This document shows, one piece after another, positions 35,405-47,458 of a DNA stretch of 64,000 nucleotides. A model generated the notes under the pieces. It made no database searches, had not been told where the DNA came from, and was given only the letters and a program-made list of their open reading frames with translations. The position numbers and the translations under genes are program-made. The stretch comes from Rhynchopus sp. YZ270_cl-10 (Eukaryota): assembly GCA_964035575.1 (NCBI GenBank), contig OZ037835.1, positions 1,240,001 through 1,304,000 of the forward strand, read 5' to 3'. Every line of letters starts with the position of its first letter. Within the stretch, counting starts at the first letter, position 1.

Positions 35405-36980
35405 TAGGGGCCGCAGTCCCCTAAGGAAATTATGTAACAATAATTATTTCGTCATTTTTTGGGCATCTAGTGGGCACCTCAGGGTGTGTCTGACACCCAA
35501 AATAGGTTTCCGGGGCAGTGTGACCCAGAATTTCATGGTTTGGCACCTCAGAAAGTGAAAAAAGTGTGAAAAAATAGGATTTTCAGCCTTTTTGGCCATT
35601 TGGGGCAAAATGGCCAATTTTGGCACATTTTTTGCTTTGTGGGGGTATTTGGGGCTATTTCACCCCCAAAACCACTCAGAACATGTTCTAGGCACCTATT
35701 TTCAACCACAATTACCCATACAGGGGGGTATTCCGCTCAAGAAATGGTTTTGTTGGGGTTATTTTCAGCAAATTTTCACTAAGTTTCACTAAGTTTTGCT
35801 AAGTTTCACTAAGTTTTACTAAGTTTCACTAAGTTTTGGTCAAAAAAAATGCAAAAAAAATGCAAAAAACACGAAAAATTGCACAAAAAATGGGAGGAAC
35901 CGAACAAATATGTATGGTATGGCAAAAATGTGTCCTTTTTTTTGGGTGACTGATTACCAGAAACACAAAAAAAATGGAAAATAAAGCACAAATCGGCCAT
36001 TTGGGCCATTTTGGGACAAATGACCATTTTTGACCAAATTTTCAAAAAAAATTGTAAAATTTCGACATCATGACAGCTGCTTGGACACAAAACTACCCCA
36101 GGGATGTCCCGTGAGTCTATTCCGACCTGTTTTGGACACTTTAGGTACTTTTTTTGGCCGCTTTTTGGTGTTTTGAGGTCAAAATGACCCCTGTCTACCC
36201 CCTGTCCAGGGGTCATATTCGACTCAATATTTCAAACCAAGATCGGTTCGAGGGGCCCAAAAGGGTGCAGCTCGTCGAAATCAGGCCCACAGGACCCCCT
36301 GGAGTATGATTTCCACAGGAGAGTGACCCCAAGAGGCCTCTGACGGCCCTAATTTGGCATTTTTTAGCCCAAAAACCGCCCCTGCCCCCCTCTCTGGGGG
36401 GGAGGGCAATTTTTCACTCATTTTCCCCATTTCTAGTGCTTCTAAGTCCTCCAATGGGTAAAAAAACGGTTCCGTTGGGTCCGCAGACCATTTTTTGGGG
36501 GGGTATGTACCAAAATTTGCACCATACCCTACTTTATGTGATGGCCAGGGGAAAAATCCTGGCCTTGGACAGGGGGTAGACAGGGGGTGGACAGGGGGTC
36601 TTTTTTTCCAAATTTTGGCCAAATTCACCAAAGAAAAGGCGTAAAAATGTGAAAAACAGGCGAGAATGGACTCCAAGCACGTTTTTGGGGCAAAATAGGT
36701 CTCAAATGACTCTCTGAAACATCGAATTTGGTGTTTTTTTCATGTTTTTTCATGAAAAATCGGGGTTTTGGCCGAAATGGCCAAAACCCCCAAAAAGCCA
36801 GTTTTTTGCTATTTTTTCCCATTTTTTCACATTCTAGAGTCGAATTTTCACCCAATTTTGCCTCACAGGGTGTTTCTGACCTATTCTGGGGTGGTTCTCT
36901 GCAGGTTGTGGCCACTATACGCCAAAAAGTGGCAAAATGAATTATTGTTACATAATTTCCTTAGGGGACTGCGGCCCCTA
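35405..36980. mobile_element. TAGG..CCTA TIR element (non-autonomous)
   Basis: ~40-bp TIR TAGGGGCCGCAGTCCCCTAAGGAAATTATGTAACAATAATT; internal blocks shared with neighbouring elements. Confidence 0.85.
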
Positions 36981-37006
36981 GGGGGGGGGGGGCCCCCCCC
37001 CCCCCA

Positions 37007-37396
37007 CCTCTGTACACAGTTATACAGGGGGTGGGCCGAAGAAAAATTTTTCCGACCAATTTTTGCCCACAAAAAATCGAAAAAAAAAAATTTTTTTTTC
37101 GATTCTCCTGTGTCTGTGCGTGCTGTGATGGGGTCATTTCGCGCTCAGAAATGAGTATTTTTGACCCAAAATACATGTGTCAGTTTTTACACGATTTTTG
37201 AAATTTTCAGTCCAAAACTGACACATGTATTTTGGGTCAAAAATACTCATTTCTGAGCGCGAAATGACCCCATCACAGCACGCACAGACACAGGAGAATC
37301 GAAAAAAAATTTTTTTTTTTTCGTTTTTTTGTGGGCAAAAATTGGTTGGAAAAATTTTTCGGCCCAGCCCCTGCAGCATGTATAACCGTGTACAGA

Positions 37397-37398
<2 letters not shown>
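37007..37398. mobile_element. Foldback MITE, ~180-bp inverted arms
   Basis: ~37007-37188 is the reverse complement of ~37214-37398. Confidence 0.85.
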
Positions 37399-37422
<24 letters not shown>

Positions 37423-37427
<5 letters not shown>

Positions 37428-40412
37428 TTGTAAAAAGACAGGGTCCTGGCAAAAAAGACCAAAAAAGACCATAAAAGACCAAAAAAGGCCAAAAAAGACC
37501 ATAAAAGACACAAAAAAGACACAAAAAAGACATAGAGGGACTCTACCTTGCAGAAAAAAAAGCACTCCACGCGTTTTGAACACAAATCGCAGGTTTTCCT
37601 AAAGCTGAATCTAAATTCTGAAACTAAAACTAAAACTAAAAATGGTGGCTTTTTCCTTTTGACTCCGTGGTTAACCTCGTGTGAGGTTGCGCGGAGTTCG
37701 CAGTCAGGCCAGGGAGCCACGTAACAAGGCTCGACTGCCACATAGTGGGGGGAGATCTGTGCAGCCTGTATGTTCCCCCCGATTTTCGTGGTAAATGGGG
37801 AGGCGCTTCCGTTTAACGGCAACCCACAAGAGTAGAACAACAACCAAACTTTTGAGAAACAGACGCCAATGAGACCTAGAGTCTCTCTTCTTACTTGTGT
37901 GCTACAGACAAACATGACAACGCTAACCACGACTGCCACGGCAGAGCGGGGTCCCAAACGGTTCACTGGGGGGGATCCACATAGATACAGAAAACAAAAA
38001 ATACGAAAGCAAGGAAGAAAACCAGTAAAAAAAAAAAAAAAAATGGAAAACCTTTCACCACTCAACCGACTCTTCATCTTCATCGCTGTCGTTTCCTTCA
38101 GCAGGAGCTGCCTCGACTTCAGGAGCTTCTGCTTCTGCTTCTGCGTCGCAGTCAATCACAGGTTCTCCTGGTTTGGCACCCTCGATTTCAAACCAGGAGT
38201 CACCTTTGCCAGTGCGGAGGCAACTGTGAATCTGCGTCAGCTTCGTCACTCGCGCCGAGAGGAGTCGATTCCTCCGCAACTGCGACATCCAGCCCATTGT
38301 GCTGAATTGCCGTTCGAGTTCGGCACTCGAGGCTCGGATCCCCGACACTCTGTACCCAATCCTGCAGAGCTTCACGTCTTTCTCGCTCCCTCCATCGCTC
38401 TGCACCTCCAGCAAGAATATCCTCCACCACTCCTCTGGTGTCTTGGTCTTCGCAAGATCCCACATCCCGTCATTTGCAAAAATGCCGGATGCAGTGCGAA
38501 ACTCGATCAGACACGCCGACAGTGCCGCGCCCCCCAGTTTTTTGAGGTAGGCAGAGGCGTTCTTCTTCACCTCTGCACACGGAGCCCAACCTGCCAGTTT
38601 GGTCAGCGGGTGTTTTGCTGGCAGGTCCTTTGCTTCTTTGTACACCTGTGTGATTGTTGTTGTTGTTGTTGTTGGGATCAATATGGCTGAAGTATACCTG
38701 AAAAAATGGGTTGAGAAGAGTCGCAGCGGAGAAAACACCGTCCTCGTGAGTGATGTAGCGAGAAACACGCACTTGGATTTTTTTAATAACGTTCTCCATT
38801 TTCTGTTTGTCTTCCACCGTTGCCAAAGCTGCCTTCGTCTCTTTTGCTGCACTCAGAGCTTGCTCAAGAAGCGGAATCACAAACCCAATCCTACACGAAT
38901 CCGACTGCAACAAGTTGACCACAACACCAGCCTTCTCCACAAATTTGTGAATCGCGCGAATCAGAGGCATGCTGTTGCAGACTTTAAGAATATCTGGGCA
39001 GCGGGCGAGTGCTTCCTCATCATCGGCAACAAGCAACAGAGCCTCTCGGTATTGCGCGACGAAGTCGAACAGCTTTGACGTTGTAGTCCATCTGGTAATC
39101 GCCATAAGCTTTGGCGCGTTCGTTCGCTGACTCAGTTCAGTCTGTTTTTCCTTCAAAACAGCCCTGAGGTAGTCAACATTCTTCAGAGACGCTACAACGC
39201 TGTTCAGCAACTTTGTCACGTAGTTGAATTCCTGTCCCGTTTCGTTGCCTTTGGATTTCTTGGTCCCGAGACAGTCATTCACCATGCGTTGTACAGTATG
39301 GGCAGCGCAGACAATGGTGTGCACGTCAATGTTCTTTTTTTTTAGTTCGGCTTTGAAGAGTTTGTTTGCCTTGGTAGCTGTCGTATCTCCATCTGAAATG
39401 AGTGCAACAGCTTTTTTTTGAAATTTTTCTGGTGTTTGCGTGAGGTGTGAAAGAAGCTCCTGCGCGTTGTGTTGTTTTTGTTGTAAGATCCCGCTGTTCA
39501 CGATCAATCCTGCCTGCTCCCCTGCTGTTCCGGCGCACGCAAAAACTTTTTCTGCTCGCGAATTTTTCCAGGTGTCCGACTGGAGGGAGATGTGCTCGTT
39601 TTTTGCGAGCTTATCAAACTTCGGAACACAGATGGTGGTGTGCACCTTGTCCAGCAAAGTTGTGGAGATGACGTGTCGGCTGGGTATGTGTTCTTTTTTT
39701 AGCCCTGGTCTCGTTGCCATCATGGCCTCAATAAAAAGTGGACTATCGACTACCGAGAAGGGCACCCCTGCGGCGAACACGAACTTCGCCCAGGCGAGAT
39801 GCATCTCCTCGATCTCCTTCGCGTTCGGTGCAGGGATGCAGGGGATGCGGGTTTGGCTCTTTTCGAGCTTCGCCCTCTTTGCAGCAGGCGCTTCAGCCGG
39901 TGCCGTCGTGTCGGAGCGGGATCTTTTCGCCCGCTCTTCTTCCTCTTCGATCCTCTGTTTCGCCCTGTCACTCTTCTTCGGGCAGTCCTCCACGATGTGC
40001 TTCTTCATCCGTGTGGCTGAAATGCCGTTCTTCGCCAACCTGTACCCGCAGCCCTCCCCCTTGCACTCGAGGTAGTCAACCTCGTTCTCCGTCACCTCCA
40101 CGTACTCCTCGCGGCTCCAGCAGCTCTTCCTCCCTGGCATTTTATTATTATTCCCCTGATTAGTCTGTGTTGATACTCTGTAAGTGTGGGTGTTTGTGAT
40201 GTTTGCGGGATCCCTTTTCAGCTCAGCTCCATGGGCTCATAAGCACCATAACCCCAAAAACGTGCGCTCAAAAAAGACCAAAAAAGACCGAAAATGCTGG
40301 CAAAAAAGACCAAAAAAGACCGAAAATGCTGGCAAAAAAGACCAAAAAAGACCAAAAAAGACCAAAAAAGACACATCAAAAAAGACACAAAAAAGACACT
40401 GCCACAACACTG
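37423..40412 (-). mobile_element. Autonomous hAT DNA transposon
   Basis: TIR CAGTGTTGT/ACAACACTG, flanked by G runs; AAAAAAGACC subterminal repeats at both ends; encodes a transposase. Confidence 0.9.
38055..40140 (-). CDS. hAT transposase, ~677 aa; exons 40140-38698 and 38645-38055
   Basis: BED finger (C..EGC...MKKHIVEDC), SDTW, ISDG, CAAH, RW, ATLLNP and ASSAELERQFS motifs. A 52-nt phase-0 GT-AG intron (38697-38646) joins the two overlapping ORFs. Confidence 0.9.
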
Positions 40413-40422
40413 GGGGGGGGGG

Positions 40423-41611
40423 TAGGTGGGGGCAAAACCCCTATTTTTTTGAGGCATTTTGACTTTTTTGGACTTCCGCGCAAAGTACGTACAAACCACC
40501 CCTCATACCCACCCAGAAATGGGTCAGAAACACCCTGTGACCCGAAAATCCATGCTAAGGGCGACTCAGAATATGAAAAAATGCAAAAAAATAGTGAAAA
40601 AGTGGCCTTTTGACGGTTTTGGCCATGTTGGGTAAAATGGCCATTTTTGGACAAAAAAATCAAAAAAACAGCAAAATTTCGACGTCATGACAGCTGCTTG
40701 GGCACAAACCTACCCCAGGGAGGTCCTGTGAGTCCATTCCGACCTGTTTTGGACACTTTAGGTACTTTTTTTGGCCGTTTTTTGGTGTTTTTAGGTCAAA
40801 AAATACCCTGGACTTTACCCTGGACGTCCTGGGCCGCGACTTGCGCCCTGCTTTTGGACCCACTCTGGGCCAAAAAATGGGTGAAAACCCCCGAAAAAGC
40901 ACTCCGGGAACCCAGATAGTTCCAAATATCCACCAGAAACCCACCCAAACACCTCAAAAACATGCCAGAAAAATATTTTTAAAAACACACTTTTTCAAAT
41001 AAGTCATTATGGAACCTGCCCAGATGAACTTTTTGAAAAAAGTGTGTTTTTGAAAATATTTTTCTGGCATGTTTTTGAGGTGTTTGGGTGGGTTTCTGGT
41101 GGATATTTGGAACTATCTGGGTTCCCGGAGTGCTTTTTCGGGGGTTTTCACCCATTTTTTGGCCCAGAGTGGGTCCAAAAGCAGGGCGCAAGTCGCGGCC
41201 CAGGGACGTCCAGGGTAAAGTCCAGGGTATTTTTTGACCTAAAAACACCAAAAAACGGCCAAAAAAAGTACCTAAAGTGTCCAAAACAGGTCGGAATGGA
41301 CTCACAGGACCTCCCTGGGGTAGGTTTGTGCCCAAGCAGCTGTCATGACGTCGAAATTTTGCTGTTTTTTTGATTTTTTTGTCCAAAAATGGCCATTTTA
41401 CCCAACATGGCCAAAACCGTCAAAAGGCCACTTTTTCACTATTTTTTTGCATTTTTTCATATTCTGAGTCGCCCTTAGCATGGATTTTCGGGTCACAGGG
41501 TGTTTCTGACCCATTTCTGGGTGGGTATGAGGGGTGGTTTGTGGGTACTTTGCGCGGAAGTCCAAAAAAGTCAAAATGCCTCACCCGTCCTGAAGGTTTT
41601 GCCCCCACCTA
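40423..41611. mobile_element. Foldback element, ~540-bp inverted arms, TAGG..CCTA ends
   Basis: TIR TAGGTGGGGGCAAAACC; ~40452-40995 mirrored at ~41035-41583. Confidence 0.9.
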
Positions 41612-41626
41612 GGGGGGGGGGGGGGT

Positions 41627-43004
41627 TAGGGGGTCGCATTGTCCTCACAAAAAGTGAAATAAAATTTTTTTGTGACATAGATACTCGTTTCCCGTGGAAA
41701 ACTAGACACATACCCACCCCAAAAATGTTCGGAGGATCCAATGAAACCATTTTTTTACACTTTGGTGGGCTCAGAAATACCCAAAATGGGGAAAATTAGT
41801 GAAAAATGGACTTTTACCCCAAAATGGGCAAAAGTGGTTTTTTAGCAAAAAAATTGATTTTTTTGGATCACCAGAGGTCTATTTTGGTGACTCTCCGGTG
41901 CAAATCGGGTCCCAGGGGTCCTGTGGACCTGATTTCAACGACCAACAGGCTTCTGTACCACTTGCAAATGATTTTTTTTGAGTTTTTGAGTCAAAAAAAG
42001 TGCTTGTCCACCCCTTGTCCACCCCTTGTCCAGTCCAGGACTTTTCCCCTGGCCATCACATAAAGTAGGGTATGATGCAAATTTGGGTACATACCCCCCC
42101 CAAAAATGGTCTGCGGACCCAATGGAACCAGTTTTTTACCCTTTGGAGGACTTAGAAGCACTAGAAATGGGGAAAAGGAGTGAAAAATTGCCCTCCCCCC
42201 CAGATGGGGGGGCAGGGGCGGTTTTGGGCTAAAAAATGCCAATTTAGGGCCGCCAGAGGACTCTTGGGGTCACTCTCCTGTGGAAATCGTACTCCTGGGG
42301 GTCCTGTGGGCCTGATTTCGGCCAGCTGCACCCTTTTGGACCCTTCGAACCGATCTTGGTTTGAAATATTGAGTTGAACATGACCCCCTGAACCCGTGCG
42401 TATGCGCCTCAAACACCCCCCTCACCCCTCCCCCCTCACTGCCCACCTTCTCCTACCCTGCCAGGCGTAACAAATAAAAAAACGACCTCCCCCTCACAAA
42501 AAGCGTCTGAGGATGCTGCTGAGTTCGTGAGGAGGTTCGTGGATGGGGAGCAGATCAGGGGCGTGTGTATGGCGTGTCCTGATGAAGTGCTTCAGCTGGG
42601 GCTCGAAATGCACGGCTGTGGGGGGAGGCAGAAAATGCCAAATTAGGGATGCCAGAGGCCTCTTGGGGTCACTCTCCGGTGGAAATCGTACTCCTGGGGG
42701 TCCTGTGGGCCTGATTTCGACGAGCTGCACCCTTTTGGACCCTTCGAACCGATCTTGGTTTGAATTATTTAGTCAAATATGTCAAATTCCTCCAATCATA
42801 GGCTGTATACAGTACAAAATCATGAAAACACCAATAAAAACGCATTTTTTTTTACGTTTTTTCACGTTTTTTGCCGCAAAACCCCCCAAAAACCCCCGGA
42901 AACCCATTTTTGGGGTGGCACAGGGTGTGGGTCACCACTGAAATGGTCCACCAGCGAAAAAATAATAAAAATTACATAAAAACGTTAGCCAATGCGACCC
43001 TCTA
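41627..43004. mobile_element. TAGG..CTA TIR element (non-autonomous)
   Basis: TAGGGGGTCGCATTG / CAATGCGACCCTCTA; internal block is an inverted homologue of ~36220-36600. Confidence 0.75.
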
Positions 43005-43014
43005 GGGGGGGGGG

Positions 43015-44216
43015 TAGGGGATACGACTCCAGCCATTTTGGCTGGGACCAAACGCACGGAAAATTCATTTGGCATTATCTGGCCATCTCCAAGGCAACTG
43101 CGGGTGAAAAACACCCTCAGAGTGGGTCACAGGGGGCCTGTGGGTCGAAAAACGACCCAGAAGCCACCCCAGAATACAAAAAAATGGAAAAAAATAGTGA
43201 AAAAACGGCTTTTTTCACGTTTTGGCCACTTTGGGCAAAATAGCGATTTTTCGAGAAAAAAATCAAAAACCGGGATATTTTTTGACATCACAAAGCCTCC
43301 TTTGGCACAAATATACCCCAAAAGTGGCCTGTGAGTCCATTCCAACCTGTTTTGGACATATTTGACACTTTTGGAAGTGTTTTTTTGGTGTTTTTAGGTC
43401 AAAAAAATGCCCAAGACGTCCCCAAGACATCCCCAAGACACTTTGCACACCCCCTGTTACGGTCATATTTTTTTCGTTTTTTTGCCTGAAACCCCCAAAA
43501 TACCCCTCCCGGACCCCACATAGTCCCGAATATCCATCACACACCCACTCAGAGTGAGTAGAAGCACCCCAAAAAAAATATTTTTTAAAGCCCTTCAACT
43601 TCAACATGGATGCTGCCGAAACTGAAGCACAATTTTAGGGCTTTAAAAAATATTTTTTTTGGGGTGCTTCTACTCACTCTGAGTGGGTGTGTGATGGATA
43701 TTCGGGACTATGTGGGGTCCGGGAGGGGTATTTTGGGGGTTTCAGGCAAAAAAACGAAAAAAATATGACCGTAACAGGGGGTGTGCAAAGTGTCTTGGGG
43801 ATGTCTTGGGGACGTCTTGGGCATTTTTTTGACCTAAAAACACCAAAAAAACACTTCCAAAAGTGTCAAATATGTCCAAAACAGGTTGGAATGGACTCAC
43901 AGGCCACTTTTGGGGTATATTTGTGCCAAAGGAGGCTTTGTGATGTCAAAAAATATCCCGGTTTTTGATTTTTTTCTCGAAAAATCGCTATTTTGCCCAA
44001 AGTGGCCAAAACGTGAAAAAAGCCGTTTTTTCACTATTTTTTTCCATTTTTTTGTATTCTGGGGTGGCTTCTGGGTCGTTTTTCGACCCACAGGCCCCCT
44101 GTGACCCACTCTGAGGGTGTTTTTCACCCGCAGTTGCCTTGGAGATGGCCAGATAATGCCAAATGAATTTTCCGTGCGTTTGGTCCCAGCCAAAATGGCT
44201 GGAGTCGTATCCCCTA
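43015..44216. mobile_element. Foldback element with 580-bp inverted arms and a 42-nt spacer
   Basis: 43015-43594 is the reverse complement of 43637-44216; ends TAGGGGATACGACTCC. Confidence 0.92.
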
Positions 44217-44641
44217 GGGGGGGGGGGGGGGGGGACCCACCACCCCTAATCCGTGTTGGCCTGCCTACCCCCCCAGTTAGGCTGAGGCCTGACAGGGAGG
44301 TGGAGGTGCACAGTGTTGTGAGTGTGGGGGGGTTTGGGTGCGCTTCCCTGCATCGTTTTGTGGAAATGATGGGAGAGGGGGAAGCTGTATCTGTGGGGTG
44401 CTTTCGTGCAATTTGTCTGGCACCTCAGCTTGTCTGTGGTTGCAGCACGAGAGCACCTTTGACGTTCTTCCTTGCGTGGGGTGGGTGGAGACAGCGCAGT
44501 GTGTGGCGGCACTGTGTGGTCTTGGGGTGAGTGGGACCAGTGTGCAGAGCTGTGTGTGGGTAGGGAGGACTCTCTGCTTGGGTCAGCAAGACTGCCCTGA
44601 ACGCTACAACTAACCTCTGTGAGCAAACGCACATCAGGAAG

Positions 44642-44830
44642 ATGGGATCCTGAACGTCGAAGCCTGAAAAGGACGAGATTGCAAAGGGAATTACTGGGAA
44701 GGAGAGACCCGTGGACGCAGTGGACAGCGTGGACGGGAGGACAATGCTGCACAGCGCCGTACTTGCGGGGGATGTGGAGGCAGTGCGGTTTCTTGTGGAG
44801 AACGGGGCGGGAAGGTGCCGCTGTGGTACA
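44642..44830 (+). pseudogene. Ankyrin gene remnant with myristoylation-like N-terminus
   Basis: MGS*TSKPEKDEIAKGITGK...DGRTMLHSAVLAGDVEAVRFLVENGA; a shorter copy at 8622-8690 has the same TGA. Confidence 0.55.
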
Positions 44831-45830
44831 CTGCAGCACAGGGACGCGGATGTGCGGGGGCGACTTGAGGCGGAGCTGGGGGTGCAGCAGAGATCCTTGT
44901 GGAGGTGGAGGATGCTGTGCAGGTACCTCACTGACGGTGTCGCCACAACAGGAACAACAGCAGCAGCAGGTGTGGCAGTGAAACGGAGCGGTGGAGATGC
45001 AACGAAAAACTGCAGCAACAACAGCAATGGAGGTGAAGACCTGCTGTGCTGGCTGCGTAGTCTGCCAAAGGTGGAGCCGCCGTTGGGCCACACAGACGAA
45101 CACGTGCAGCACAGCCGGGATGTTGTGTGACCTGTGGGTAGTGGTCCCTGATCCTGTGGCCAAGGTGCCTGCTGTTTGTGGCTGCGAGGTGCGCATGAAG
45201 CATCCACAAACGTTGAGCTGTGTGATTCGTGGGGTGGTCATGTGTTGTGTCCGGACAGTGTGAACCGGCGTGCTGATGTTGCAGGTTGATGTGGGGTTTT
45301 GAAGGTGGTGGGGTTTTGGGGAAATGGACACACCTGTGCAATGTGGTGAAGGCAGGTTTGTGGTTTGCGATGCTTGTCTGTTTCGACACATTAGCATTAG
45401 GCCTCCTGACTGCAGTGGTGTGGGTGTCCTGCTTGTCTGCTGGGCAGAACCCTTTCCTCACGCACTCTGTGTGCACAGCAAGGTAGTGTGCAGGGCTGTC
45501 CTTGGGTGTGTGAGGTGGAGGTGCATAGTGCTGTGAGTGTGTGGGGGGTTTGGGTGTGGCGCTTCCCTGCATCGTTTTGTGGAAATGATGGGAGAGGGAA
45601 GGCTGTGACCGGCTGTGGGGTGCTTTCGTGCATTTGTCTGGCACCTCAGCTTGTCTGTGGTTGCAGCACGAGAGCATCCTTGGCGTTCTTCTTATCCACA
45701 AGGCGTGGCTCTCTTGGCAGTGCGGCTGTATCGCTGCCAGGGTTGGGAGGAAGGAATGTGGGGCAGAACCTGGCCACAACATACGAGCGACAACACACCA
45801 ACCTCTGTGAACAAACTGTGAGCACTATTA

Positions 45831-47295
45831 CAGTCCCGCCTATTATTAATAGCGTTTTATTTTATAAAATCCTAATTAGTGACGTTCTAATTTATAAAGT
45901 CGTGAATTAATTTATTTTTCGGGGGGGAATACTAAGTTATTGAATTTATTTTCCCCGGCGGAGCCGAAGAAATTTTTTTTGCCTGCACAAGTGACGACGG
46001 GTTTGTGCGGGTTCTGTTGGAGGAATATGTGGAAAAGGAGGTGTGTAATCAGTGATACACGGAGGTAAAAAACGGTGCGGTCGGTGGTGGCTGTGCGGAC
46101 GCGCATGCCGTTCACCTCCATGGTCTATTTCGCCCACGAGATGAAAAGACCTGGCACCAGGAGTCGGTTACACCGAGGCGTGTCCCGCCTCGTCTTCACC
46201 ACCATCCCCCTCGCAAGCGACGCAAATCGGTTGGCTGCTGAACTTGCGGGTCATCCCCGTAAGGTTGAGAAACCTCTTCAGCTCCTCGGGGTTCAAAAGA
46301 GCCTTGGGTGAAGTACGAACCGCTCTCTTTTTGTGGGTTTTGTACTTGGAGATGGTGGGAGCAGAAATATGGCGTCCTGGGTGAGCGTCATTCCACCACG
46401 CCATCACATCAGCGTGCGGTCTGTCATCAGTGCCTGCGTCCGCCGATGAACGGTGAGGCTGGCACTTTCAACTTCTCTGTCATCCGCCATGGCGTTGTCT
46501 GTGATGGTGACAATCTCCGGGGCGGTGAGGACAGCCTGCTCGACGATGGTCACATCTTCGGCATATTTCTTTCATTTTTTCCGTTCATTCCGTGGTGGAG
46601 ACAGACATGATGGTCGGAGAGAAAGATGCAGATAGTCTTGTAGAGATTCAGACTGGGATTTGGGTGGACAAGCTAATTTATAAAATCTTAATTAGTGACG
46701 TTCTAATTTATAAAGTCGCTAATTAAATATTTTCAGATTTGGTCGAATTTATAAATTAGAAATTCACTACCCTCATAGTATAAATTATGTTATTGTTACA
46801 AATAAATTATTTCGGCGATTTTTATTTTTTTTATAACATTTTTGCATTTTGTTACTTTTTTCATTTTTTGGATTTTATTTTTTTGTAACATTTTTGTTAC
46901 GCCGCAGGCGTAACAAAAATGTTACTGGGGGGGCTAATAAAGCATACAGCGCGGAAACCCATGGTGTAAAAATCTAGCTTTTTACACAGAGTCACTCAAC
47001 GAACCCTTTTTTGCGGAGCAAAAAAGGGAAAATGGCGCCGCAGGCAAAAAAAAAATGAGGTACAGCCTGTATGGTGTGGTCAGCAACCCAGTTCCCAATG
47101 GTACTCCCGTGGTTCAACCATGGGCTTTTTATTTTTTCTTTGTAGCATTTGTTACTTTTTGCCCAACTGCAAAAAAACGAATAAAACATTTTATTAAATT
47201 GTTACAAAAAAAATGTTACTTTTGGGTCATTTTTTTAATAATTTATTTTTGAAAAAACATTATTTTTACTATGAGGGTAATTAGAGGCGGGACTG
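45831..47295. mobile_element. Tc1/mariner(pogo)-type non-autonomous element
   Basis: TA TSD, TIR CAGTCCCGCCT/AGGCGGGACTG; the empty TA site is visible in the paralogous flank at ~49974. Confidence 0.85.
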
Positions 47296-47458
47296 TACAC
47301 AAAGTGGCGTAGTCCGCATGAGTGCTCCTCAATGTGTACGGCTACCTACAAAGGAAGCGGCTTTGGTGAGGTGTTGTTTTTCTGTCACCGTGTTCACCCA
47401 CCACAGCCCAACTCCCACAACCCCACCGCACAACAGAGCAACACAAAAGGAAGACAAT

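Noticed and set aside
35400..44250. Many K/F-rich ORFs in the foldback nest
   Set aside because: Products of A/T homopolymer-rich inverted repeats, mirrored on both strands
44642..44660. Shared in-frame TGA (also at ~8631) as selenocysteine or a code change
   Set aside because: Both copies are otherwise degraded, no SECIS was seen, and TGA is an ordinary stop in intact genes here
47318..47458. Upstream in-frame starts for subfamily B (47318, 49921) and the ankyrin gene (13164)
   Set aside because: Homology starts at the Ubl Met, and the extensions cross the pyrimidine/CA-rich leader region
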